A stretch of DNA of 64,000 bases from the human T2T-CHM13v2.0 reference genome, Homo sapiens. This document shows positions 40,401-51,478 of this stretch, piece by piece (the first letter of the stretch is position 1; each line of letters opens with the position of its first letter). Below the pieces are notes generated by a model, which did not search any database, had not been told where the DNA came from, and saw only the letters and a program-made list of their open reading frames with translations. The stretch is from the NCBI RefSeq assembly GCF_009914755.1, contig NC_060926.1. One strand, written 5' to 3'. Both the position numbers and the translations under genes were made by a program.

Positions 40401-43400
40401 CTTTAAAAAACATCTTGTGTACATTTGGAGACACATGAATATTTTGAGGAGAGAAACGTATGAATTTGTATCATCATAGAACTGGAAAGAAACGTCTTTT
40501 GTTCTGCACCCCCTCCCCTTCCTTCCCCCTGGAATCTTTTATGCAGAAACCTTAGAACCTAAGTGTCAGAAGTGGGTCTCATTCCCCTGCCTGCCCTGGC
40601 ATGGGCACTGAGGCCCTAGAGACGCAGGCAGTGGGCAGGTTTGATTCACACCCAGACATGTTTCTTAGACCCTGGCCTCAAGCGGGAATGGAATTGCTGG
40701 TTGATTCCAGCAGAGGGTGACTGGTCTAAGTGGATGTCTCCTTCAGGCCCTGTGGCTATCGGCCTTCCCAACTTCCCAGCGTAAACAGACCCCGCACAGG
40801 CTGAGAGGCATTAAGAATGTATACAAGGACCCGAGGGCTGGCCCATCCAGATCTGTGCGGAATGCAGTCAGCTCTTTCTGTATGGGATGAGGTAATCCCC
40901 TGCTTTTGCTTGAGGGGACCTGTGATTTCTGTGCAGGGCCCGCTGGGGGTTCATTAGAGGCCTCCCTCCCTCTCTCCACTTTCAGATTTTGCAGGGAGCT
41001 TTGTCACCAGGCTTTTGAGAACCAGGGGCCCTGGGTACACATTTCATAGTTTGCTCTATGAAGCTTTTGTTCCTATCAGGGATTCTGAGAGTGTCACTTA
41101 TTAAGATCTAAGCAGGTAATTTAGGAAGATTCTTTGCTCCAATAGTGGACGCACAACCATCAGTGAATGGTGGTCAATGAAAGTGGGCCCTGCCCACCCT
41201 AAACGTCCTGCACGCAGGCTGGGGCGGCCAGAGCCTTTGTCGCAGGCCACCTTCCATGTTACACGGCAGTTCCCTATTTTGAATAAGGGGATTGTCTTTG
41301 TCAAATAATAATCTGTTTGCTGGAGACAGCTCTTGTTTCTGAAACCTAATGCATGAAAAATACCGAAATGACAAAAGGGTAAGCTATAGTATGACATTTT
41401 TGTTTTTCTGTTTTTTGTTTTCTTTAGCTCCCATTTGAATTTGCAGAGGACTTGATGACTGCACTGTCTGCTTAATCTCCCTTTTCACTGTACTTTCCTT
41501 CCTATCTGACCCCTGGAACCTTTGGTGGTGGGAAGGGAGAGGCCCGTCCAGGCCCCGAGAGGAAAGCAGGTGGTCAGGGTGTGGGCCTCTGGCTTTGTTT
41601 CCTGGCCAGCCCCAGTGTGGGCTGCTGTTCCTTGGGCTGACTGGTGGTTAATGATTGAGGATCGGTGATCGGTGAGTGATGATAGGTGGCCGGTGATCGG
41701 TGGGGCAGTGAGGAGCTCCAGCCTCCGCTCTCTCATTCAGCCCTTGGGCAGCAACAGCCATGCCCTTGTTGGAAGTTTCCCACTGTGCCACCCGGGAGGG
41801 GAGAAGCAAGGACAGAGGCGAGGACGGCTGAGCGGGGAAGTGCCTATCTCAGAAATACTGTTTTTGACTCAGAGGACCAATGGTCCCTAAATCAAATTTT
41901 CGTCACCCAAAGAGGCAAAGGTAGAAAGCCAAGGGCTGGATGGGGGTCCCTGAGCCCTTTTCCACCTCTCAGTCCCACTCTGGGCTCTGAGAATACTGAA
42001 GGCTGCTGGTAGCTCAAAGCGGGTGAGTGTCTATTTTGTGCTAAGAGTGGAGGAACTGGAAGGAAGGACACACTCGAGATGTGGGAACCAGGCGTCTTCT
42101 CACTGAGTGACCCTGCCTCCTGCTGGGGCCTGTCCATGCTGAGCAGTGGCCAGGCGCCTGGCCAGCCGGCATCTGACATGTCTCTACACTGGAGGGCAAG
42201 TAAGACCTGAGCCAGAGGAATGTCACCATGGTGGGGGAGAGAGGTGGGGCGGATTCGGGATCCAAGTTCGGGCGAACAAAGACTGAGGGTCATTTCTTTC
42301 TAGCCCCTGTGAATGGCCCAAACCCCAGGATTTATGGCAGCTTCTGCTGTGTGGCTGTGCCAGTGGGGACAGAGCAGGGAGCCCAAGCCAGGCGCCAGCC
42401 GAGCTCCCTCTGGACCCAGCTGCTGTCCCTGCTGCTGCCCAGCTGTGGGGCGGTCCTCCATTCAAGCTCCTCTGCTCCCCGGGACTCTGGGGTCAGATGA
42501 GATCATGGGGGAAAGTGTTTTGGAAACCAAGCCATGATGCAAATGTGTTTCGTTTTAAGGAAATGGGAGAAAGGAACAAGGATTGTTGCAGTAGAGCCAT
42601 GTGGGGAGAGCAAAGGTGAAATCCTTGTCTCCTGGCATCACGGGGTGGAGAGTGGAACGTCAGCTCTGGGTCATTTGGTGGCCAAGGAAAGATGGCGATA
42701 GTAGCTTCAAGGCACGGCCTGGGGTTGCCCGTCCACCCTGGAGGCAGTCTGGCAGGACAGGGTGTCCTCAGCTCCCTGCTGGGCCTACGTCCTTTTGGAG
42801 TTCTAGAGCTGCGTCTTAGGACAAGTGTGCCAAGCCTCCTGCTTTGAGTTTCTGTCCTGACCTTGACCTGGCTCACCTCCATGGGCAGCCTCCCATGCTT
42901 GGGCATCAGGGCTTGTCATAAGTCCGTGGTCACAGGGCTTGATTCCTCCTAGTGGGTGACTCTGAGGACGGCCAGGCCTCCCGCTGCAGGACCAGCGTGG
43001 TTCCCTCCATGGAAGGCTTTCAGAGTGTGGAGGGGATGCGGCTGTCTTGGGAGGCCCAGCCCTTTCTGTCAGCCGTGGAGGACACTGAGTCAGGTTAGGT
43101 CACGAGGAGGGGACCCCACAGTCATTTACATCCCGCAGAGGGAAGTGCCCAGAAGCCCGCAACAGTCTCCGCTAAGTGGGGTTCACGCCAGGTCCTCTGC
43201 TGTGAATGTGGAGGCTGTGGAGCCGAGGCCGCGAAATTTCTCACTTTTCAGGGATTCTGTTCAAGTTGTCCCAAAGGAGAAGCCCATCAAACAACCCAGT
43301 CTCTGTGCGAGCTCCCCCGGGGGCATTTACTACTCAGCCAGTGAGAGCCAGGTTTCCAGGGGAATAGAATTAAACAAGGTTCTGCTTTTTGCTGAAGGGA

Positions 43401-44965
43401 AAAACCGCTCCCTTAGGTGGGAGAATCCCCAGGGTTCTTTCTTCCTGGCCAGGGAGGGAGAAGGGGGTGACGTTTTATTGAGCATCGGCTAGGGCCAAGC
43501 TCTCAATTAGGCCCTTTCTTCTTTCTTCTTAGGGTATCTGTGAGATAGGTGCTGCTGTCCTGGGGAGGTAGATGCAGACAGATTAACTCTCAAGGTAAAT
43601 GCTAATGAATAGAGGAGCCAGAATCCCAACCCAGGAATGTCTGATCTCGGAGTGGGCGGCTTCCCAGCTGTGGCTTTGCATACCGCTAGCGTAGCCACCC
43701 GGACCCTGATCCCCTGACCCTTGTCCTTGATCCTCCAGGAAATTCTCATATGTAACCTGGAATCCACTTTAAATGAACTCGGTAAATAATGTCTTGACTC
43801 TAGGCCAGTCATTACCTGGGACAGGTGAGGGGGAAGGGCAACCACCTGACTATGTCACTGTCAACAGTGCATCCTTGGGCTGAGGTTTTCATTTTACAGT
43901 GGGGTTCAGGCAGGGCTAATTGCTGACCCAGGACTGTGGCCTGGAGGGATTTCAGGGCCTTCCCATGGGCGGACTGACAGTAGAAGACAGCCCCTGTCAG
44001 TCTATCTGAAGAAATCAGTGCCAGATAACAATGGTACCCCGTGGCTGAATTCTGGCTGGGAGTGAAATGGTGATGGAGTGTTGGTCTCACCTCAGGTCAG
44101 CAGGGAAAACAGTTGGGAAAATGGTCAGCCCTCCTGAAATGCAGCAGGTGGTGATTTTTGTGTTTTGAGTCTTGGCACACCTTGCTGTTGAAGCAGTTGA
44201 ACAAATAAAGGAATGGAAAAACAGGTGCTGACCCAAAGCTTGAGACAGCTGGTTGGTTGCCCTTCGTTGAAAACCACACGGCCAACCCAGAGTCTTCAGG
44301 TTTGGGGCGCAGTTAAGCTGTGGGGCACCCTGCGTAGGCTCACTGTGTTTCCAGAGGCTTTATGACTGCACACTGGGGCCGCCTGAGACCCAGGTTTATA
44401 TGTGAATTTAGCAGACAAGTAAAAAGTGCTGAGTCACATTATAAATGCAAATTTGGAGGAGGATTTGAAATGCTTTCATTAAGACACCAAAGCAGGACAC
44501 TTGTAATACAGCAGTGCCAGGAGAGGACAACCCTGCCATTCTTTGGGGACCTAGATAAAATGGCTCCACTGTCCCCTGCTGAGAGTGAGCAGGCCATCAG
44601 CATCGCGGTGGCCGGGGCTCAGCTGCCTGACGTTTCTTTGGCCCCTGTACTGTGTTGATTTCACACACTGGGCACAGCCATGCTGGCGGTGTCTTGAGAA
44701 CACAGCCATGAAAAGATGGAGAAAGCAAACACAGTTTCTGTCTTGGAGCACCACATGGATTTAGATTCAGAGTATGATTTATTTTGTTTTGGAGAGTTTT
44801 ATTATGAATTTTTTTTCTCCCTTCTTTGCAAAGACATTACAGAGCTAAACCCAAACAGCTGAGCCTATCAGGGCCTTGGAAAAGCATTTTTGCCTGAAAC
44901 TTGAGTTTTTCCTAATGAAGTGACTTTCCTCTTCCATCTTTTTTGTTTGCTTGGTTTTCTCATAG
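34457..44965 (+). other. ACKR3: ACKR3 5'UTR intron (~10.5 kb, GT-AG)
   Basis: Donor GTAAGG at 34457. Long pyrimidine tract ending ...ggttttctcatAG at 44965. Exon 2 starts 26 nt before the ATG. Confidence 0.82.
39900..40225. repeat. Intronic minisatellite, 12 copies of CTGGGGTTGTGCTGTGTGTGCGTGTGT (25-29 bp)
   Basis: CTGGGG unit starts at 39900, 39927, 39956, 39983, 40010, 40037, 40064, 40093, 40120, 40149, 40174 and 40199. Confidence 0.95.
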
Positions 44966-44991
44966 GTCATTTGATTGCCCGCCTCAGAACG

Positions 44992-46080
44992 ATGGATCTG
45001 CATCTCTTCGACTACTCAGAGCCAGGGAACTTCTCGGACATCAGCTGGCCATGCAACAGCAGCGACTGCATCGTGGTGGACACGGTGATGTGTCCCAACA
45101 TGCCCAACAAAAGCGTCCTGCTCTACACGCTCTCCTTCATTTACATTTTCATCTTCGTCATCGGCATGATTGCCAACTCCGTGGTGGTCTGGGTGAATAT
45201 CCAGGCCAAGACCACAGGCTATGACACGCACTGCTACATCTTGAACCTGGCCATTGCCGACCTGTGGGTTGTCCTCACCATCCCAGTCTGGGTGGTCAGT
45301 CTCGTGCAGCACAACCAGTGGCCCATGGGCGAGCTCACGTGCAAAGTCACACACCTCATCTTCTCCATCAACCTCTTCGGCAGCATTTTCTTCCTCACGT
45401 GCATGAGCGTGGACCGCTACCTCTCCATCACCTACTTCACCAACACCCCCAGCAGCAGGAAGAAGATGGTACGCCGTGTCGTCTGCATCCTGGTGTGGCT
45501 GCTGGCCTTCTGCGTGTCTCTGCCTGACACCTACTACCTGAAGACCGTCACGTCTGCGTCCAACAATGAGACCTACTGCCGGTCCTTCTACCCCGAGCAC
45601 AGCATCAAGGAGTGGCTGATCGGCATGGAGCTGGTCTCCGTTGTCTTGGGCTTTGCCGTTCCCTTCTCCATTATCGCTGTCTTCTACTTCCTGCTGGCCA
45701 GAGCCATCTCGGCGTCCAGTGACCAGGAGAAGCACAGCAGCCGGAAGATCATCTTCTCCTACGTGGTGGTCTTCCTTGTCTGCTGGCTGCCCTACCACGT
45801 GGCGGTGCTGCTGGACATCTTCTCCATCCTGCACTACATCCCTTTCACCTGCCGGCTGGAGCACGCCCTCTTCACGGCCCTGCATGTCACACAGTGCCTG
45901 TCGCTGGTGCACTGCTGCGTCAACCCTGTCCTCTACAGCTTCATCAATCGCAACTACAGGTACGAGCTGATGAAGGCCTTCATCTTCAAGTACTCGGCCA
46001 AAACAGGGCTCACCAAGCTCATCGATGCCTCCAGAGTCTCAGAGACGGAGTACTCTGCCTTGGAGCAGAGCACCAAATGA
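44992..46080 (+). CDS. ACKR3: Atypical chemokine receptor 3 (CXCR7/RDC1), class A GPCR, 362 aa, single coding exon
   Basis: ATG at 44992 opens MDLHLFDYSEPGNFSDISWPC...EQSTK-TGA (1089 nt). Seven hydrophobic segments; motifs LAIAD, TIP, DRYLSIT, CWLPY, CCVNPVLY; N-terminal NxS sequons; Ser/Thr-rich tail; strong GC3 bias. Protein recognised as ACKR3. Confidence 0.99.
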   Translation: MDLHLFDYSEPGNFSDISWPCNSSDCIVVDTVMCPNMPNKSVLLYTLSFIYIFIFVIGMIANSVVVWVNIQAKTTGYDTHCYILNLAIADLWVVLTIPVWVVSLVQHNQWPMGELTCKVTHLIFSINLFGSIFFLTCMSVDRYLSITYFTNTPSSRKKMVRRVVCILVWLLAFCVSLPDTYYLKTVTSASNNETYCRSFYPEHSIKEWLIGMELVSVVLGFAVPFSIIAVFYFLLARAISASSDQEKHSSRKIIFSYVVVFLVCWLPYHVAVLLDIFSILHYIPFTCRLEHALFTALHVTQCLSLVHCCVNPVLYSFINRNYRYELMKAFIFKYSAKTGLTKLIDASRVSETEYSALEQSTK

Positions 46081-46761
46081 TCTGCCCTGGAGAGGCTCTG
46101 GGACGGGTTTACTTGTTTTTGAACAGGGTGATGGGCCCTATGGTTTTCTAGAGCAAAGCAAAGTAGCTTCGGGTCTTGATGCTTGAGTAGAGTGAAGAGG
46201 GGAGCACGTGCCCCCTGCATCCATTCTCTCTTTCTCTTGATGACGCAGCTGTCATTTGGCTGTGCGTGCTGACAGTTTTGCAACAGGCAGAGCTGTGTCG
46301 CACAGCAGTGCTGTGCGTCAGAGCCAGCTGAGGACAGGCTTGCCTGGACTTCTGTAAGATAGGATTTTCTGTGTTTCCTGAATTTTTTATATGGTGATTT
46401 GTATTTAAATTTTAAGACTTTATTTTCTCACTATTGGTGTACCTTATAAATGTATTTGAAAGTTAAATATATTTTAAATATTGTTTGGGAGGCATAGTGC
46501 TGACATATATTCAGAGTGTTGTAGTTTTAAGGTTAGCGTGACTTCAGTTTTGACTAAGGATGACACTAATTGTTAGCTGTTTTGAAATTATATATATATA
46601 AATATATATAAATATATAAATATATGCCAGTCTTGGCTGAAATGTTTTATTTACCATAGTTTTATATCTGTGTGGTGTTTTGTACCGGCACGGGATATGG
46701 AACGAAAACTGCTTTGTAATGCAGTTTGTGACATTAATAGTATTGTAAAGTTACATTTTAA

Positions 46762-46767
46762 AATAAA
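46762..46767 (+). terminator. Polyadenylation signal (proximal candidate)
   Basis: AATAAA with upstream TGTA motifs; weaker downstream GU element. Confidence 0.45.
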
Positions 46768-46855
46768 CAAAAAACTGTTCTGGACTGCAAATCTGCACAC
46801 ACAACGAACAGTTGCATTTCAGAGAGTTCTCTCAATTTGTAAGTTATTTTTTTTT

Positions 46856-46861
46856 AATAAA
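46856..46861 (+). terminator. Polyadenylation signal (distal, likely major)
   Basis: AATAAA preceded by a U-run and TGTA and followed ~30-50 nt later by gtctcagttttc...gtgtgttttgg. Confidence 0.7.
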
Positions 46862-49800
46862 GATTTTTGTTTCCTAAAAATGCATCAAGTCTCAGTTTTC
46901 AAAGTGTGTTTTGGCACTTGAATAGCACACATGATAATAATTCATGGATATATATGGCACACACAGGCCACCTGCATGAACATGCTCAGAAAAAGAGTGC
47001 TGCTGTAAAGCAAAAGCTACCAGGTTAACTTGTTTGAAATGATATAAAAAGAAAAAATCATTTGAGCACACTGCATGGTTTTTAAAAAAATTTTCAGGCA
47101 ATAGTGTTTTTGGTGTGGGGGATGATTGCTAGGGTCCAGCTAGGAGAGAAGGCTGGCACAGAGAAGGTGCCACTTGCTTCTACTTCCTGCTGGCCAGAGC
47201 CATCTCTGTTCTGAACCTGTCTGAACTCTCCGTCCAGACAGGAGAGTTTCAGGGTGCAGGACTGGTGTCCTCATCTGTACCACCTGTGTGCTTCCAGGGC
47301 CAGTGGCACAGCCCCTTAAATCTCATCTGCTAAGGTAAACACCTCCAGGGGCAATATTTCCTATTGAGAGTTTTCATTTAAACCATGCCAATCAGCTACC
47401 CCCTTGAGGCCACACAATGAGCGAATCCCCAGCTTGCGCATGTCCTTACTAGTGGTTGGAAAGAGTGCTCTCAGAATGGCCAGTTCCTGCTGTGCCCTCT
47501 CTAACTCTACCTGGAGCCACAAGAATGGCGGAGACTTCAACAGACGAGTCAGCTGGGCAGGGGCTCAGAGAGGGGCTGGGCTCCCAGCACTGCCCTCACC
47601 ACCTCCACCTCTGCCAAGACCTCTCTGCACAGAGAGCTGTTTGCCAACCCAAAGGCAGACCCAGATGCTCGTCTGACCTGTGGGCTTGGGCGCTGCTGCT
47701 AGGTTGGAAAGCACCTTGTGCAAGTCCTTGCCCCACAGACCCACAATGGGCAGCCCTGCAGTCCCCAGGGGCCCATAGACCGAGTGCACTACAGGGGAAT
47801 CCTATTTCCTGCAAAGGTCTTCACAGCTTAGAGTTTTGAAACTAGGGCTGTAACTTACTGGAAATATGTTCTTGATACACATGTACATCCTCAGGTGCAT
47901 ATATACACCTGGTCTTCAGTGGGATTCTGGTCCGATAACAATGATGTAGATAGTGGGATAACAGCATACAAGAGGCAAAGATACCAAGAAGAAGGGAAAA
48001 TAAGAGTAGGTAGGATGGCAACATGGAATCGGGAAAGTTCTCGACCCAAATATGTGTTCCTTGACGATAAAAATGGCTTGCATGTTTGCTGTGAGCCTTC
48101 TAGGGGTCAAGTTCAGGCAGAAATACACTTTTCCAGTAGTAAATTCAAAATGGGGAGGGGGAGGAGGGCATCAATTGCAGTCCACATGCTCAGCCTTGCA
48201 ATAGATGGGCGGTAAAAGGCATTCAACTGAACTGCTATGCTGAATTGCCATCGCGGTCCATCCAGCGGTCTCTCCCACCCGCTTACCCTAGAATTTCAGT
48301 AGGTTCCCGGGGGCTAACAGTGCTGGGGTGGGTGAGGGTCTTTCAGGCTTGTGTGTCTACGTGGATGTCTGAGAGGACCTGTCGATCCTTCTGCAGGGCT
48401 CCTCTGCCACCCCAGTTCATGTGGCTCTTGCTGCTGCTTTTGCCTCGCTGGATGGTGAGACTGGTCTGGCCCTTTTCTGTTTTTCTGCTGTTCTGCAGCC
48501 TGGGGGCTGCCCCAGCTGCCTCCTCCCACACTGCAGTGGAGGGGGTGGGGAGGGAGGGTGACACTGAACTGGACCCGGACTCACCAGGTGGCACCTTTTG
48601 CTTTGGGGGGATTTTCCATCTCCCACAGGGCCCAGGGCACCGTGGCCTACTGTCCCAGACCCTCCGACGTCCCTGGGGTCTGCTGTCTGCAGGGGCAGGC
48701 TCCATCTCGGGAATGCTCCAGTGACTGTGTTCTTTCTGTTCCTTCTAGAAATCCCCTTCTTTGTCCTGCCTGGGGCTGGAAGACTTGCTGGTTTATTCCT
48801 AGTTATCTGGACTCAAAATCTCTTTCCTTTGATTTCCACTGCAGGGTCCTTCCCTGGAGCCAGGTGGGATAACAGAGGCTGGGTCAAGGGACACAGAGTG
48901 TCCTGAGGGGAGGGGAGTTAATACTGAAAAAAAAAAAAAAATCAGCCCCACCCTATGACTGTGGTGTAGAAGAGGCAGAGAGAATCCTGAGCTGTATTTG
49001 GATATGGGGTGGGCCTTGAAGGGAGGAGGGGTGGACAGGAGACCCCTGGCTCTCCTCAAATCCAGGGACTAGAGGGCCTGCAGTGCTGCCATTGGAGGGT
49101 CATTCTTTGGCGTCCTTTTCTCTGTACAGATCTTCCAAGACACCCGCCTCCTGATGTGGTAAGAAAGCTGTTAGCGCCATGACCTTGGACCCCAGGAAGG
49201 ATGTCTGGAGCCCCAGGCACAGGGTGGGACCTCAGAGTTGGGAGAAAAGCAGCTTTGGCTTTCTTGATGGCGCTTCCTGGAGCCTCCTCCCATCCCAGGC
49301 TCTAATACTCTGCTCCTGTTTCATGGTTGAAATGCCCAAGGCATGGCGGGCGGTGGGCAGCGGAAGGCCACCCCCAGCAGCCCGGATGGCAGCCCGTCAT
49401 CAGTGAGTCAGTGTTAAATGCTTTCCATCTGGTTCAACGTATGAGCTGCTGACCTTGATTGTACCCCAGGTTCCCCACAAGTGAAGAAGAAAAATAATGC
49501 CGCTGAAAAGCCCAGATGGAAAATCATCTGAGCACAAGGGAATACGATCTATTTGCTGGCTGATGGCTTTTGGTCCTTCCAAGAGTCTCGCAGCAACCTG
49601 GGATGGGACCCCACTGATATCTGTGGTCAGATCTGGGCAGAGCAGCAATACATTTTAAATCTTCTGTAGCCGATGCTTCCTGGGGCCTCTCCAGGAGGCA
49701 GCAGCTCCGGGGCATGGTCTATTTTATTAGGAATGTGGAAATTCTGCCTTACTGGGCTTCTACTCTGAGGATATTGGCTGTATATATGTAATGGATCTGG

Positions 49801-50841
49801 GAGACATCACATTTAGGTAAGCACAGGTGTCTCAGAACTCTGGGGAAAAGTGGCGTGCTGTGGATCTGTACTGTTGGGATGGATGGCTGAGGAAGACAGC
49901 AGAGAAAGTTCCCAGAGCTTTCTCCTGGAGGTATGAGCTTTTGCCCCTAAGTGCCAGGGATACCTCTGCATGGGCCTATGCCACTGAGATTTTAGTCCTT
50001 CAGGGGCAGTGGTTTCAGGTGGGCTAAATGCTTTAAAAGATCGACCCACCGCTATAGAACATTTCCCACTTCCTGTTTCTTAGTCTTGGATTTCCCAGGA
50101 AAAGCTCCCTGGTGGTTTGCATTTATGCAGGGACTGCTAAGATCCCACAGTCTCGATATCAATGACATTTGATATGGAACACGATTAGTTTGAATGAGGT
50201 TTGATAGGACATTAAACCACTCGAAAGTGGTTGAGATTTATGGTGGTTCGTTTGCCCTGAGGATGGCTGAGGACGGCCTGACTCTTCCATAAACTCTTCT
50301 GGCAGAGTAGCAGAGTTTGCTCACCTCGTGCAGTCTCTGACGCTCACACAGACCTGTGCATACACCTAGACTTGCTACCATCTGTGTGACCAACACACAC
50401 TCCTGGACACAGTTTCCATGTGCATGTTTAGGACCATCCTAGCGAGAGCCTGGGCCACAGGGTTGAGATCCGCCTTCTCAAAGTCTCAGGCCTCTGCCAA
50501 GTGTGTAGCCCAAAGAACCATCACTGTTTACTATCCTGGGGAATGTGGGCCAGGTTTTAGCTTTGCTAAACTTAGCTTCCTTGTTTATAATGTTGGACGA
50601 TGATAGTACTTGATTCATAGGGTAATCGTAATGATCAGATCGCACAGTCTCTGCAAAATGCATGTCACGGTGCCTGGGGCACACATAGTACATGCTCAGA
50701 GAACAACAGCCATTCTGACCACTTTCTCTGGGCATAATTTGCATTTTTCTTGAGAAGAAACAATGCATTTCAGAGAAATCGGGCAAGAGAATATCTGCCT
50801 GTGGGTGGTGAGTGAAAAGATGAGGCACATCTGTCTCAAAC

Positions 50842-51478
50842 TCATTCTAACTGGGGACAATTTGCACCCCCAGGAGACATTTGTCAATGTCCAGAGATAT
50901 CTTTAGTTGTCCCAACTTGGGGTGGGGAATGCTAATGTCATCTTGTGAGTCAAGGCCAAGAATGCTGCTGAACAGCCAGTTGTGCACAGGAGAGCCCCCA
51001 GACAGAGAATTACTGATATGGCTTGACGGTGTCCCCACCCAAATCTTATCTTGAACTCTAGCTCCCATAATTCCCACATGTTGTGGGAGGGACCTGGTGG
51101 GAGATAACTTGAGGCAGCTGGTAGAAAAGCAGCTTTGGCTTTCTTGATGGCGTTTCCTGGAGCCTCCTCCCAATCATGAGGGCAGTTTCCCCCGTACTGT
51201 TCTTGTGGTAGTGAATAAGTCTCATGAGATCTGATGGTTTTATATGGGGTTTCCCTTTTCACTTGGCTCTCCTTCTCTCTTGCCGGCCACCATGTAAGAC
51301 ATGCCTTTCACCTTCCACCATGATTGTGAGGCCTCCCCTGACATGTGGAGCTGTGAGTTCATGAAACCTCTTTTTCTTTATAAATTAGTCTCCGGTATGT
51401 GTTTATCAGCAGTGTGAAAACAGACTAACACAATTACTGAGTCCCAAATGTCAACTGAGTGGAGGTGGAGAGACCCTG
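50842..51478 (+). mobile_element. MER20 (hAT-Charlie) split by a THE1 LTR
   Basis: ccccaggagacatttgtcaatgtccagagat...ggccaagaatgctgct...gaattac[LTR]...aaatgtcaa...gagagaccctg. Confidence 0.8.
51014..51432 (+). mobile_element. THE1-family solo LTR carrying a 60-bp foreign insert
   Basis: tgatatgg...cagactaacaca with a perfect 5-bp TSD attac (51009-51013, 51433-51437). Confidence 0.9.

Larger units (their letters stand above)
46081..46885 (+). other. ACKR3: ACKR3 3'UTR (end approximate), AU-rich
   Basis: Follows the stop codon. AT-rich, with a (TA)/(TATAAATA) tract at 46588-46625, two AATAAA signals and a GT/T-rich element after ~46890. Confidence 0.75.

Noticed and set aside
39744-40436. His/Thr- and Cys/Val-rich ORFs of 126-230 aa
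   Set aside because: Translations of the GT-rich minisatellite.
41645-41701. gatcggt short repeats and an HNF1-like gttaatgattga
   Set aside because: Too short and degenerate to support a call.
44920-44991. 386-aa version of the receptor starting at GTG 44920
   Set aside because: 44920-44965 is the intron's pyrimidine tract and AG acceptor; the true start is ATG 44992.
45016-45912. 298-aa antisense ORF over ACKR3
   Set aside because: Shadow ORF expected from the strong GC3 codon bias of the sense CDS; no recognisable protein.
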